A DNA stretch of 63,192 nt, filler included, from Stramenopiles sp. TOSAG23-2 (GCA_900128395.1; 7 parts of 7 records of this genome joined end to end with filler, not necessarily neighbours in it); one strand, 5' to 3'. Numbered from the whole stretch's first letter, positions 23,973-35,268 are shown. The notes: generated by a model from the sequence alone, not told the origin. Program-made: numbers and translations.

Positions 23973-24072
23973 NNNNNNNNNNNNNNNNNNNNNNNNNNNN
24001 NNNNNNNNNNNNNNNNTTAATTAATTAANNNNNNNNNNNNNNNNNNNNNNNNNNNNNNNNNNNNNNNNNNNN
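23973..24072. other. Artificial scaffold linker
   Basis: 44N-TTAATTAATTAA-44N. Confidence 0.97.
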
Positions 24073-24496
24073 ATAATTTAATGATTTCTATGAATTTTAT
24101 AGTTTATTTTAGTCATTTTGGTAAATTAATAATTTATTTAAGTATAAATTTTAATGTATAAATTTGATGCCAGAAATTCTGCTATCCCTAATTTCTGAAA
24201 ACAAGAAATGTCAAAATTATTTTGCCAATTGATAGGAAAAATGGTATACTAGTGGAGCCTAAGTTTAAAAAGGTATTTTCAATGTTTTTCCTTTGTTTTC
24301 ATGTAATGAAATGAAAAATCCATCATCATAACAATGAATTGCTAAAATTTAGGTTGAAAATGTTGAAAATGATGAAATTTGATGAAAAATATGCGAAGAT
24401 CAATGGTATTGTATTGTATTAATAATATAAATACATAATAGCACAATACAGGAGTATAATGATCAGTATATATATTTATTTTTTAATTAATATTTT

Positions 24497-27007
24497 TTAC
24501 ATTTTTTGTTTTTTGTTACCATGTTTCCCTTCTTCCTCAACAGTATTATGTCCCAAACGTCGTTTATTGTTATTAGTAGTAACGGGCATATCAACATCTT
24601 GATTAACTACCAGTGAATGTTCGATGCCATCTAAAAATTCTTTCCAATCTTTATATTCAGGTTCACATGCCATTATCATGTCGTTCTTCATATATTCACG
24701 AAGACATACAGTAGCATAACTTGAACTATTCAATTCAAATTCGAGCTTCAATGTATCGTTATCCACAATATTGCATTTAAAATTCCTTGGTCTTGTTAAA
24801 AACGATCGATATGCACCTTTCAATCTATACTCTCCTTGACGAAATGCATTATCCCAACTCAAGTCAAATGACAATAATAGATCTGTGACTAATTTACTAT
24901 ATACGTCGTTTTCACGAATGTAACGTTCCGTCAATCTCCCTGGTAATGGTATAACAATATCATATATTGTATACGTCATATTCTCAATAATAGTGTCATA
25001 ATTATCTTTCGTGATTTCAATATACTTCTTCTCACGAGGATTTGATTCACGATTGTAATTTTTTAATAAATCACCAATCATCAAGAAACGTTTCTTCATG
25101 CATGTTCTATCTCGACAACATGTTTGATAAACTTCCCAACGTTTAGATGCCATATGATTCCACAAGAACGATTGAAAAGCATGTGCATACATTAATTGGT
25201 TATTATAAGGAATCTCTTTGAAGGATTGCAAATATGCTGCTTTCCCATATCGATTCAAGCCTTTTAGTACATATCGTTCATGATGCAAATGGCGCGGCAT
25301 TTTATTCAATGCTTCTTTTGCATTCATAGTTTTTTTAAAATAAATTTTTGCTGCTGTTGCAGGATAATTTTCTCCAATACGAGGTTTTAACAAAAGCTCA
25401 ATAGCTTTTTCCCAATTTCCTTGAAGTATGGCTGCTCCAATAATATATGAACGTGGTGAATCAACATGATAAAATTTACCTAATCGTTGCAATCCAAAGT
25501 AATTTATAAAGCCATTATTACAAATACATTTGTTCATCTCATTTAATAAATTAAAATCGATCTGTTGATGTATACCATTATCGCCGGTAATCGTTCCATT
25601 TGCATCATTCATGCAATCAACGCCGCCACTGCCGCTATTATTAACGCTACTACTATCTGGACGAATACGCTTATGTACTTGTCGCAAAATGATTTCAAAT
25701 TTATTACCATATAAATCACCTAAATTTAATGCTTTTAAACTATTTACTTTAAAATAGTTGCCAATTGCTATGCTGCCAACTTTTAAACCGACGCATATTC
25801 CATTATGTTGGTATCGACTATTGTTACTAACGCTACTATTCTTATACTGATGCTGCCTAAATTTTTTTATTATATTCTCTTTTGATGAATTTTGTACCGT
25901 AATAAACTGATATGATATGGAATATTTATCTTTCGTACCAGCTACCGATATACTATTTCGCGGTATGCCAAGTAATCTTGAAACTTGTCGAAGAGCATCA
26001 CCTTGATCAATGCCATTTTTCCTCAAAACAATGCGTGTATAAGTCGCTTTCTTTTTTTTACCACCATTATTACTATTATTATTTCGACGAAATGATACTA
26101 TAATTTCATTATTTTTTGTAGTAGATGTGCGACACCATTTACATTTAAGATTCAATAAATTATGTACTTTTCTTCTATCACTTTTCTCTTTGATTTCTTC
26201 AAAAATAACATGTTTATCTGGTTGAAATGGTCCTTTCACATAATATGCTTCTAATTTAAATATATTATTCATACTTAAACAATCTTTAAATGTATCAAAA
26301 AAACGTTTTCTCTCGTGTACTATAAGTTGCGATACTTTCTTCTTCCCTATTGATGTTGTTTGTTCAATAATGTTTGTCTCAAGAAATGGATATTTAAATG
26401 TTACACTTTGATGAATTAAACGTTTATTTTCCCTATCAGAAAATTCACATGATGGTATATCAAATATTAATGAATTGCTATATACATTATTATTATTATT
26501 ATTATTATTATCGTCATTCTTGTATTTAATGTTTCTATTTTTTAAAATAGTAGCAGCAAATTGATCTACTTCATCTGTATTTTTTTTCCCACCAAGGATT
26601 TTATCATATCTACCAGTGTTATTTACAATTTCCATACTTTGTTGATATTTTTCAAATGGTGTTGTTGATTTACTATTATTTACATCTTGTTTTTTTTCCA
26701 GTTTCTTTTTCAATAATTTTTCATGTATATTGTTATCTTTTCCATCGTCTTCTGATTCATATTCTATTTTTAAATCAGCAATTTTGCCATCTTTATCAAT
26801 CTCGCTTACAATAAAATCCGATGTCTGTGATTTTAGTGTACCATGAAAAACTTCTCCGATAGTTATAGATGGCCGCTCTCTATTATTTACAAATTGTGTC
26901 ATGCCAACCGAGGTACAAGCTATATGTTGGATTGGTTGTTTATAATTATTATTTTTTTCATGTACATTTTTGTTTATTATGTTTGTATTGGTATTTAGCG
27001 ATGACAT
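24497..27007 (-). CDS. PUS7: TruD-family pseudouridine synthase (PUS7/PUS7L-like)
   Basis: GTLKSQTSDFIVSEI, catalytic AGTKDK, LGDLYGNKFEIILR, GFINYFGLQRLG, SSYATVCLRE. Confidence 0.93.
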   Translation of the reverse strand: MSSLNTNTNIINKNVHEKNNNYKQPIQHIACTSVGMTQFVNNRERPSITIGEVFHGTLKSQTSDFIVSEIDKDGKIADLKIEYESEDDGKDNNIHEKLLKKKLEKKQDVNNSKSTTPFEKYQQSMEIVNNTGRYDKILGGKKNTDEVDQFAATILKNRNIKYKNDDNNNNNNNNVYSNSLIFDIPSCEFSDRENKRLIHQSVTFKYPFLETNIIEQTTSIGKKKVSQLIVHERKRFFDTFKDCLSMNNIFKLEAYYVKGPFQPDKHVIFEEIKEKSDRRKVHNLLNLKCKWCRTSTTKNNEIIVSFRRNNNSNNGGKKKKATYTRIVLRKNGIDQGDALRQVSRLLGIPRNSISVAGTKDKYSISYQFITVQNSSKENIIKKFRQHQYKNSSVSNNSRYQHNGICVGLKVGSIAIGNYFKVNSLKALNLGDLYGNKFEIILRQVHKRIRPDSSSVNNSGSGGVDCMNDANGTITGDNGIHQQIDFNLLNEMNKCICNNGFINYFGLQRLGKFYHVDSPRSYIIGAAILQGNWEKAIELLLKPRIGENYPATAAKIYFKKTMNAKEALNKMPRHLHHERYVLKGLNRYGKAAYLQSFKEIPYNNQLMYAHAFQSFLWNHMASKRWEVYQTCCRDRTCMKKRFLMIGDLLKNYNRESNPREKKYIEITKDNYDTIIENMTYTIYDIVIPLPGRLTERYIRENDVYSKLVTDLLLSFDLSWDNAFRQGEYRLKGAYRSFLTRPRNFKCNIVDNDTLKLEFELNSSSYATVCLREYMKNDMIMACEPEYKDWKEFLDGIEHSLVVNQDVDMPVTTNNNKRRLGHNTVEEEGKHGNKKQKM

Positions 27008-27728
27008 TTCTTTCTTTCTTTTTTGCGTATATAATATGTTGTGTAATCAAATGTCTAATACAATGTTATTATTGTACATTGAACGATATGTAAGTCTTCA
27101 CATAGTGCATATGTACGCAATTGTAGAAATATACTCTATCTACTACCACCGGTGGTATATCATATTCATTATTCGTCTAATATATACAGTAAGTAAAAGG
27201 TTATATTGTCGTCTAGTAATGTGGTGGTGGTTTTTTGCAGCAATCATCTTCTCTCTTCCAAAAAGACAATTGCACAATTTAAATTGCCAGATTGCACAAT
27301 TGCTTGCTTGGTGGCCGATAGTTTGAATAATTTAAAGAATTTATTAAAATTTTAAGGTATTCCCTCACGGTGGCGTGGGAAACGATCGTTATTTTTTATA
27401 CGTCAGACTTGTACTACATTTTATAGATTTGATGATTGAATTTTAGAATTAGTACTATAATACCATTACATCCTTCATCACATCTCTTGTGTTGTTTTCT
27501 TTCTTCTTATTAGACTTATAGATGACAACAATTTAAAAAAAAAATATACTTATACGTGATAACAATTGTTATATTACCTGGATTACAAACATGTCAAACA
27601 TTTTCAATTGTTTTTACTCCATGTTCTGTAACAAAGAATTTTAAAAATTAACGTGTAACACATTATATACATAATTATTTACATCTACACACACACAAAC
27701 ACACACACATATATATACAAATTGTAAA

Positions 27729-28808
27729 ATGAATACGTTTGATGAAGTAACTTCCAATATGGAAACGGTATTGAAAAAACGTCCAGCAAATGATACAACA
27801 ACAGGGACGAATATGTCGAATACTAACATGGATGAAAATACAAATGGTGACAACTTTGAAGGGGAGAAAATGGTGAGTCTGAAGCATTTAAAGAAAGCAA
27901 AAATTGATAGGCGTAGCCGTGGACGTTCTTCCAATATTCATAGTCGTAGTGGCAATAGCCCTGAAATACCAGCTGAATTTAACAAAAAGAAAATGTTAAA
28001 GAAAATATCTGCACAAGTAACACGTGTCAATTCATCCGATTCTCATGATTCTGCATTAAGCAATGTATCTGGTGGATCTGGCGCATTGAGTTCAAAATAC
28101 AACAAACTTCAGAAAAAATACCAAGATTTGAAAAATCTACGGTATACAGAGCCAGAACGTATATTGAATAGCTTGAAAGAAAAATATGAACAACGTGAAA
28201 GTAACTATAAGGAAAGGATTGAAACATGGGCTGCTAGAGCATCTGAGTTAAAAAGTCGTCTTCAACAATTAGAAGGGCATGGGGAAGATTATGGTCAAAC
28301 GAATAATGTAGAACAATTGAAAGTTAAAATTAAAAAATTAACTTCTAGATTATCAAAAGTTGAAAAAGAAAGAGATGATGTTTTAAATACTTTAAATGCA
28401 CAAAGTCATGACTTTAACAGTAACAATAGTGATAGTAATAATAATTCAAATAGTGGTTTAGGTGGTCTATTTCGTCACATGGGCAATAACAATAACAACA
28501 ATAATAGCAAAATACAAGAAGAAATGAAAAAAACTAATCGTCTATATGAGACATTGACATCTATATCAATTATTTATCAAGAAAATAGCGATACATTTTT
28601 ATGCCAAGGTGTTGATGCTAAAACGAATGATATATTGAAATTTGAATTGAGTTTTGGAATCTCAGAGGAAGATACAAATGAAATGGTGATGTCATATTTA
28701 CCAATACAAAACGTTCATAGCTTACCAGAACATTTACAAGATGAAATTGAATTCAATGTTGTACATGCACATAATTTCTTCAATACAATATTTACACATA
28801 TCAAATAA
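27729..28808 (+). CDS. CSM1: Monopolin subunit Csm1/Pcs1-like
   Basis: Coiled coil (YQDLKNLRYTEPE) and RWD-like C-terminus LYETLTSISI...LKFELSF...YLP...LPEHLQDEIEF...FF. Confidence 0.7.
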   Translation: MNTFDEVTSNMETVLKKRPANDTTTGTNMSNTNMDENTNGDNFEGEKMVSLKHLKKAKIDRRSRGRSSNIHSRSGNSPEIPAEFNKKKMLKKISAQVTRVNSSDSHDSALSNVSGGSGALSSKYNKLQKKYQDLKNLRYTEPERILNSLKEKYEQRESNYKERIETWAARASELKSRLQQLEGHGEDYGQTNNVEQLKVKIKKLTSRLSKVEKERDDVLNTLNAQSHDFNSNNSDSNNNSNSGLGGLFRHMGNNNNNNNSKIQEEMKKTNRLYETLTSISIIYQENSDTFLCQGVDAKTNDILKFELSFGISEEDTNEMVMSYLPIQNVHSLPEHLQDEIEFNVVHAHNFFNTIFTHIK

Positions 28809-28819
28809 TGTATTATTAG

Positions 28820-28851
<32 letters not shown>

Positions 28852-29203
28852 AACAAACTATATATATAAGTGTATAATAAGAGAATTTTTTAAATATTTA
28901 AAGTAATATTATACCTAGACCTTTTGGATTTAGAGTGTAGAATGTACCCATTATAAATGATTTTAAATAGGAGTTATATTATATTAGGTCTATATTATTA
29001 TATCTCTAAGTACAAATGAATCTTTCGGCGCCTTGAAATGAACTTATAAAAACCCAATTATTTCAGCACTAAGCAGCGCAAAATATATTCATATTACATA
29101 AAAGATAGAGAATGCCTCTCTCGTCATCTACATTCGTACATCATATTATTATTATCATTGTTACAATATTTTTACCTATTCTTGTAATTTTATAGACAGA
29201 AAG

Positions 29204-31327
29204 ATGGAATTCACAACAAAATCATTAACGGAAAAAACAAGTTTTAAAAAACAAGCAGATGCAACAATATTATTAGAAGGCATAATTTCGAAAAAAGGAC
29301 GTATATTTAAAACATGGAGAGAAAGACACTTAGTATTATATTCAAATGGTGATTTATGCTATTATACGTCTTCCAAAAAAAAAACTCGCAAAGGGTATGT
29401 ACAAATTACCCCCAATGTCGATATTAAAAAAGCCAAACGAAAAGGAAAATTTTATTTTATAGTATTAGGTGAAGAAAGGAATCTATTCGTAAAAACAAGC
29501 GATAAAGATATTAGAGAAAAATGGTATGTTGCAATTAGTAATTTAATAAATAGTTTAAAAGAAAAAACTTTTTCAATATCTGGTAAATCGTTTGCTGAAA
29601 GTATCGATACGTATTATAAACCACCAGAAAAACATATGACCTGGGACGATTCAATTTTAGGTACTGGTACCTTTGGAATAGTATGGAAAGCCCGCAATCG
29701 AGAGACGAATGAAGTATATGCAATTAAAAGTATAGCAATTATGGATAGAAAACGGAATAAAAAAAAATTGAAAAAAGAAATTGATTTATTGAAAATATTT
29801 AATCATCCAAATATAGTACGATTTTACGATGTTGTCGAAACAGTACATAACTTATACATTGTACAAGAACTTTGTCTTGGTGGTGAATTATTTGATGCAA
29901 TTTCAAAAAGTCATAGTGGAAAATTTAATGAAAGAGATGCAGCATCTGTTATGCGAGATGCATTATTAGCCATTCAATATTGTCACGATCGAAATATTGT
30001 ACATCGTGATTTAAAGCCTGAAAATTTTTTATTAGCAACGCCTTTGTTACCAAATCGTAATCCAGAAACTGATAAATTTCCAACTATTAAATTAGCAGAT
30101 TTTGGCCTTGGTGCTGGTATAAGTGCTACAAGAAGCTCATTTAATCAATTATCTGGTGTAGTGGGCACCATTTTTTACATTGCACCTGAAATATTTACTG
30201 GTACATATGGTTTAGAATGTGATATGTGGAGTCTTGGCGTTATCTTTCATATATTATTGAGTGGGAATTTTCCTTTTGATGGTAACAATGTTAAAGAAGT
30301 TGCACGAAAAATATGCAAGGTAAATTTAGAATTTGCATCTGACGTTTGGCCTTCGGTGTCTAATGATGCTAAAAGCTTAATATCTAATTTATTAAATAGA
30401 GATAAGGTTGAACGTTGGACAGCGCAAGAAGCGTTAGAAAGTCGTTGGATACAGATGCATACAAATTATGATGAAGTAGCAGCCCGTCGTAATGATAAAA
30501 GTAATATTAACAACAATAACAAGAAAGTAGAGGAAGTAATAGACACATTTATTAATAAGCGAATATTAAATTTAACAAAACGTAGTAAACTTGAAAAAGA
30601 GCTTAAAAACTTTATAGCCGATTCATTGACAAGTGAATTACAAGCTAAATTATTGAAAGTTTGTTCGCATTTTGACGACAATAAGGAGAAAAGTGGTTAT
30701 ATAAAAGATAATGAATTTGGATTTCTTGTTCGCGATTTTTACGAAGAAAATATTGAAATAATCAATTCTGAACAGCAATTAAATAATCAAGATAGCTTCT
30801 GCTTACGTAAAAAAAGTGAAATAGAAATTATAATGAAAAAATGGGATCGACTGTGCTGTGCCTCTGATAAAGTTTCATCTGTGTCACATCGATTTATAGC
30901 CTATGGAGAATTTATAAATGATTGCACGCAAATACGTTTATGGAATACGCAAAAACTGATAGATACAGTTGTTGAGCAAAGGGACTTCGAAACTAATAAG
31001 AACATGAAGTTATTCAATAATTATACAATTGAAGAAAATGAAGAGGGAAATGACCAACTTAAAAAAGATAATGATCTTTCTTTAAAGGCCCAACCAACAG
31101 AGGAAGGCAAAGGAAAGGCAAGATTACAAAGACAATCATCTACACCAATTGATATTAATGTCAAAGCAATGGAAGAAGTGCTTACAAATATGGATGGTCC
31201 CAAAGATTCATATATTCGTCGAACATTGCTGAATAGAATTTCACAAAATGCAAAGAAAAAAGATGGAGCAGTTGTTGATGTCGAAGAATTGATAAATGGT
31301 GAAATTTATTGCCAAGACGAATATTGA
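29204..31327 (+). CDS. PH-domain CDPK-related kinase with degenerate EF hands
   Basis: PH domain (LEGIISKKGRIFKTWRERHLVL...W) and complete kinase domain (LGTGTFG, HRDLKPEN, DFG, APE). The C-terminus is CDPK-junction-like without clean EF loops. Confidence 0.88.
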   Translation: MEFTTKSLTEKTSFKKQADATILLEGIISKKGRIFKTWRERHLVLYSNGDLCYYTSSKKKTRKGYVQITPNVDIKKAKRKGKFYFIVLGEERNLFVKTSDKDIREKWYVAISNLINSLKEKTFSISGKSFAESIDTYYKPPEKHMTWDDSILGTGTFGIVWKARNRETNEVYAIKSIAIMDRKRNKKKLKKEIDLLKIFNHPNIVRFYDVVETVHNLYIVQELCLGGELFDAISKSHSGKFNERDAASVMRDALLAIQYCHDRNIVHRDLKPENFLLATPLLPNRNPETDKFPTIKLADFGLGAGISATRSSFNQLSGVVGTIFYIAPEIFTGTYGLECDMWSLGVIFHILLSGNFPFDGNNVKEVARKICKVNLEFASDVWPSVSNDAKSLISNLLNRDKVERWTAQEALESRWIQMHTNYDEVAARRNDKSNINNNNKKVEEVIDTFINKRILNLTKRSKLEKELKNFIADSLTSELQAKLLKVCSHFDDNKEKSGYIKDNEFGFLVRDFYEENIEIINSEQQLNNQDSFCLRKKSEIEIIMKKWDRLCCASDKVSSVSHRFIAYGEFINDCTQIRLWNTQKLIDTVVEQRDFETNKNMKLFNNYTIEENEEGNDQLKKDNDLSLKAQPTEEGKGKARLQRQSSTPIDINVKAMEEVLTNMDGPKDSYIRRTLLNRISQNAKKKDGAVVDVEELINGEIYCQDEY

Positions 31328-31649
31328 CACACACGCGGTGTTAGCAAAAATGGCGTGGTGCGTGTGTACGAAGATATAAAGAGTACCCCGAACAATGTTA
31401 TACTCGTACTTCGTATACGTATATATATATATGTATTTCTTGTTTCGAATATTCGTAAAAATTTTTGTCCTTCTGTATTTTTTTATTTTTTTTGTGTAAT
31501 ATTTTTTTATATTTTTTTTTATTTTTATTTTTTTATGTACCTATAGCTATGCATATATGATATTTTTCATATGATATATGTGTACATGCATAATTTCTCT
31601 CTCACGGCACCGCCACGCTGGTAATATTTAAAAAACATTTTAAATTTTC

Positions 31650-33428
31650 TCAACCTGTTAAAGTTTTAGTAAATTTCTTGTTCAGGTATTTGCGAGAATT
31701 GGCTTCATTTTCTAACATCATTGCTTTAAATTCTTCCATATCGATCTTTCCATCATTATTCTTATCAAATCGTTCTAATATATCTTGTGATGTTGCATCA
31801 TCGATTCCACCTAATGCCACTTTAATTTCAGCTAATTCTAAAGCTTCACTATGATCTCTATCCAATTTATGGAAGGCTTGCTCCATTCGTTCAGCAGTTG
31901 CCCAATGTTTTATTTCCATTGTACCAGCTATAAATTCTGAATATCCAATTTCACCATCACCATCAATATCTAACGTATTAATTAAAGTTGCAAAATCTTC
32001 ATCAAGTTCCTCTGCACTTTTATTATTTGATTTTGTAATGTGTGAATGAAGGACAACTTTCAATTCATCAGCTGTTAAAACACCATTACCATCTGTATCA
32101 GCTGCTTTAAATGCGTCTAATAAGGCATTAATATCTTTATCTGGCAGTGATTCAGCAATCATACGCTTCGCAATACGTTTAAATTTGTCATGTCCAGTAA
32201 ATTTACGTAAGCGCTCGAACAATGCGCGATTTAATGGCTCCGGTTTAGGTGGACCAACGCTAACGATCCATGGATGCTTCAATGCTTCTTTAGCTGAAAG
32301 CCGTTGTTTAGGATCTAATACTAAAAATTGACGTATCATATTAATTGCACCAGAAGAAATTTGACTCCACTCGTCTCGGGGGAAGAATTCTTCATACTCA
32401 GTCCACTTTCCCCCTGTGCCAGGCGTTGATCTTGATGCAGCATTTTTCGTTGAAGAGCTTGCTAACCATTGTTCAATTTCACTGTCAAATTTTTTTGGTA
32501 AACCTTTTGTAATTCTTTCATAAATTTCTCCATCATCATCACCATAAAATGGTGGATAACCGCACAATAAGATGTACATTATAACCCCCATACTCCAACA
32601 ATCACACTCTAAGTCGTAATTTTTCGCTAAAACTTCTGGTGCCATGTAATACGGCGTCCCTGCTCGCAATTGAAAATGTTCCCCAAATTTGTGATGATCT
32701 GCCAAACCAAAATCAATCATTTTGATTTGTGGAAAGACATCCCCTGCTTTACGATTTTTTGACAAAGGACGTGATAATAGAAAATTTTCAGGCTTTAAAT
32801 CACGGTGTACAACATCATGTTCATGACAATGGCCCAGTGCTTCTAACGCCATCCTCATAATAGCTGCTGCATCTTTTTCGCTAAATGCACCTTCTCCAGC
32901 TCCAATAACGGCATCGAACAATTCACCACCAGTACACATTTCTTGTGATATGTATAAATGTGTGTTTGTTTCCATAATTTCATAAATACGTATAATACCT
33001 GGATGGTGCATTTCCTTTAATATATTGACTTCTTTTCTTAAAGAATCCATTGAATTTGAACTATGATTTGATGAACATAAAATTTTCTTCAAGGCACATA
33101 TGTAATCTTTTTGTATATTTCGCGCTTTGTAAACCGTACCAAAGTTACCCGTGCCAAGTTCAGAACCTTTCCCAAACTTGTCGATTTTAGTCTCTGAAGT
33201 TTTTTGAAGTGGTTCGTAATATTCTTCAATAGATTTAATGGTCCATCCAGTTAAGCTGGTTCTACGTGTACTTTTTCTTGCTGTAGCGGCATTTAAAGTC
33301 GATTGCGCGGACCTTTGCGAAACATATTGGCGTTTCTTACCTGATGACGAATTTTGTCTTGAGCCTGGTCCAACTGGATTCCCCGTTGGTATTTGCTCCT
33401 GTGGATCAGATGATTGTGCACATCCCAT
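31650..33428 (-). CDS. CDPK: Calcium-dependent protein kinase
   Basis: MGC acylation motif, full kinase domain, junction, four EF loops (DTDGNGVLTADE, DIDGDGEIGYSE, DRDHSEALELAE, DKNNDGKIDMEE). Confidence 0.95.
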   Translation of the reverse strand: MGCAQSSDPQEQIPTGNPVGPGSRQNSSSGKKRQYVSQRSAQSTLNAATARKSTRRTSLTGWTIKSIEEYYEPLQKTSETKIDKFGKGSELGTGNFGTVYKARNIQKDYICALKKILCSSNHSSNSMDSLRKEVNILKEMHHPGIIRIYEIMETNTHLYISQEMCTGGELFDAVIGAGEGAFSEKDAAAIMRMALEALGHCHEHDVVHRDLKPENFLLSRPLSKNRKAGDVFPQIKMIDFGLADHHKFGEHFQLRAGTPYYMAPEVLAKNYDLECDCWSMGVIMYILLCGYPPFYGDDDGEIYERITKGLPKKFDSEIEQWLASSSTKNAASRSTPGTGGKWTEYEEFFPRDEWSQISSGAINMIRQFLVLDPKQRLSAKEALKHPWIVSVGPPKPEPLNRALFERLRKFTGHDKFKRIAKRMIAESLPDKDINALLDAFKAADTDGNGVLTADELKVVLHSHITKSNNKSAEELDEDFATLINTLDIDGDGEIGYSEFIAGTMEIKHWATAERMEQAFHKLDRDHSEALELAEIKVALGGIDDATSQDILERFDKNNDGKIDMEEFKAMMLENEANSRKYLNKKFTKTLTG

Positions 33429-33929
33429 TTTATTTTCCCTTTTCTATATTTGTTACTATACTTTAAAAAACAACTTAATATAGAATATACTATATTCCGA
33501 CAAATGTTATATCTATAAACTATTGATATGTATTGATACACAACAACCTCTTCTATATATATATATATTTGCAACTATCTTTCTTTCCCACACAAGAAAT
33601 AATTATATATTTATTGTTTACAAATATGGATTAGAAATAGTATAATTATATGTATGTATTGAATAATTGTTTCTCTATCTTTTTATCTATTCTTAATACA
33701 AATCCTCCAACAATTATTGTAAATATATATATTTGATGATGTATCCTGGTATCGCACCTATCCCCACATTAGGCAAAAAGGAGGAAAAAATCTTCTTACA
33801 CAGGAAAAATACTGAGTCATACTTTTTTAAAAATATATATTGAGTATATATATTTGTATACTAAGATTTCTATCAAATCACATTTATTTACAGCAATCAT
33901 CATACAATATCTGCTAGATCTATTAGATC

Positions 33930-34126
33930 CTCTCGAAACATCTCGGACTGTTCCCACTTTCTTATACTTGTTAGTATAAGAACAGCACTACTAACAAATA
34001 TAAAATTTGGTGAAGGCTGGTCACGGCCTTCGGCTGTCTTTTCTTTGCTATGTCTATAGTAAAGATAAGACTACAGAAAGTTACACTTAACTTTCATAGG
34101 CGAAATGGCCCGAGATGTTTCGAGAG
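33930..34126. mobile_element. MITE with 17-bp TIRs and 9-bp TSD (Mutator-like)
   Basis: CTCTCGAAACATCTCGG (33930-33946) and CCGAGATGTTTCGAGAG (34110-34126), flanked by TATTAGATC at 33921-33929 and 34127-34135. Confidence 0.88.
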
Positions 34127-34309
34127 TATTAGATCTATATCAGCATATCAGCATCTACTTTATTCACCCGCTACAATAATGGCCACACTGAGCTGGGCTG
34201 GCTGGGCTGGCTAAAATCCAATGATATGCTATTGTATTATAAGTACTCTTTCCTGTTAGTGTTACTATACTGTATTATACTGCTTCCGCGGCGGTGGTGT
34301 AGTAGTTTA

Positions 34310-34475
34310 CGCCTAACAAAATAACAAATAACACTATTCACTATGGGAAATATATATATTATCGTTTTCTAAAATGCCAATTTTATTTTTCATGTGTAAA
34401 AAATAGCAAATATCCGAAAATATAGAAAAAAGATGAATATTTCCCCCATAGTGAATAGTGTTATTTTGTTTAGTG
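34310..34475. mobile_element. Foldback/MITE-like element
   Basis: 22-bp perfect inverted repeat AAATAACACTATTCACTATGGG (34326-34347) / CCCATAGTGAATAGTGTTATTT (34445-34466), extending imperfectly outward to TA dinucleotides. Confidence 0.6.
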
Positions 34476-34923
34476 TACATTTTTTGCATGGTTAAGCGGT
34501 TAAGCAGGGTAGCACTGCGTTCCGTCTCTACTCACACAACAAAAAACAACGATTAAAATCTTAAATTCTATTATTTTTTTCCCATTGTTACACGTTTTAA
34601 AATATTATAGCCGCCTTTTTTTATTTTGGGCATCCTCCCATCAACTTAAACCTCATTTTTTCTCCCACTGGTATTTCTATCTTAAAATATACCAAGATCC
34701 AAGTTTGGTTTGGCCATATTTATTATGTTGCCTTTGTTTGCACCTTTTTGCATCAATAATAATAAAAAAAATAAAGAAGAATAAAGTACGGTGTGTATAT
34801 ATAGATGAGCATCACAACAATACATATACAACAAGATAGTACAATAGTAGTAATAGTAATAGTAATAATAATAATATAAATATATATATATATAATTTTT
34901 TTTTAGTTTACAAGAAAGAAAAA

Positions 34924-35268
34924 ATGGGTAACGCATGTTGGGGTGGTAAAGATGAAGAAAGTGCAAACAAAGATCCAGAGGATAAGGACGCTGCAGAAAT
35001 TAAAACAAAAACGGAGGATGCTGAAGGGACGAAAGCTGAGGATGTAGAAGTTAAGGCAGAAGACAACAAAGAAGGTGACGGTGATAAAGCTGAAACAGAG
35101 GCTGAAACAACAGAAGATAAAACCGAGGCAGAGGCTGAAACAACAGAAGATAAAACCGAGGCAGAGGTTGAAAAAACAGATGAAGCTGAAAAAACTGAAG
35201 CAGAAGCTGAGAAAACGGACGAAGCGGAAGCTGAAAAAACTGAAGCAGAAGCTGAGAAAACGGAATAA
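34924..35268 (+). CDS. Small N-acylated acidic repeat protein
   Basis: MGNACWGG (myristoyl Gly2, palmitoylatable Cys5) followed by E/K/T/A repeats (EAEAEKTD/E). Confidence 0.75.
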   Translation: MGNACWGGKDEESANKDPEDKDAAEIKTKTEDAEGTKAEDVEVKAEDNKEGDGDKAETEAETTEDKTEAEAETTEDKTEAEVEKTDEAEKTEAEAEKTDEAEAEKTEAEAEKTE

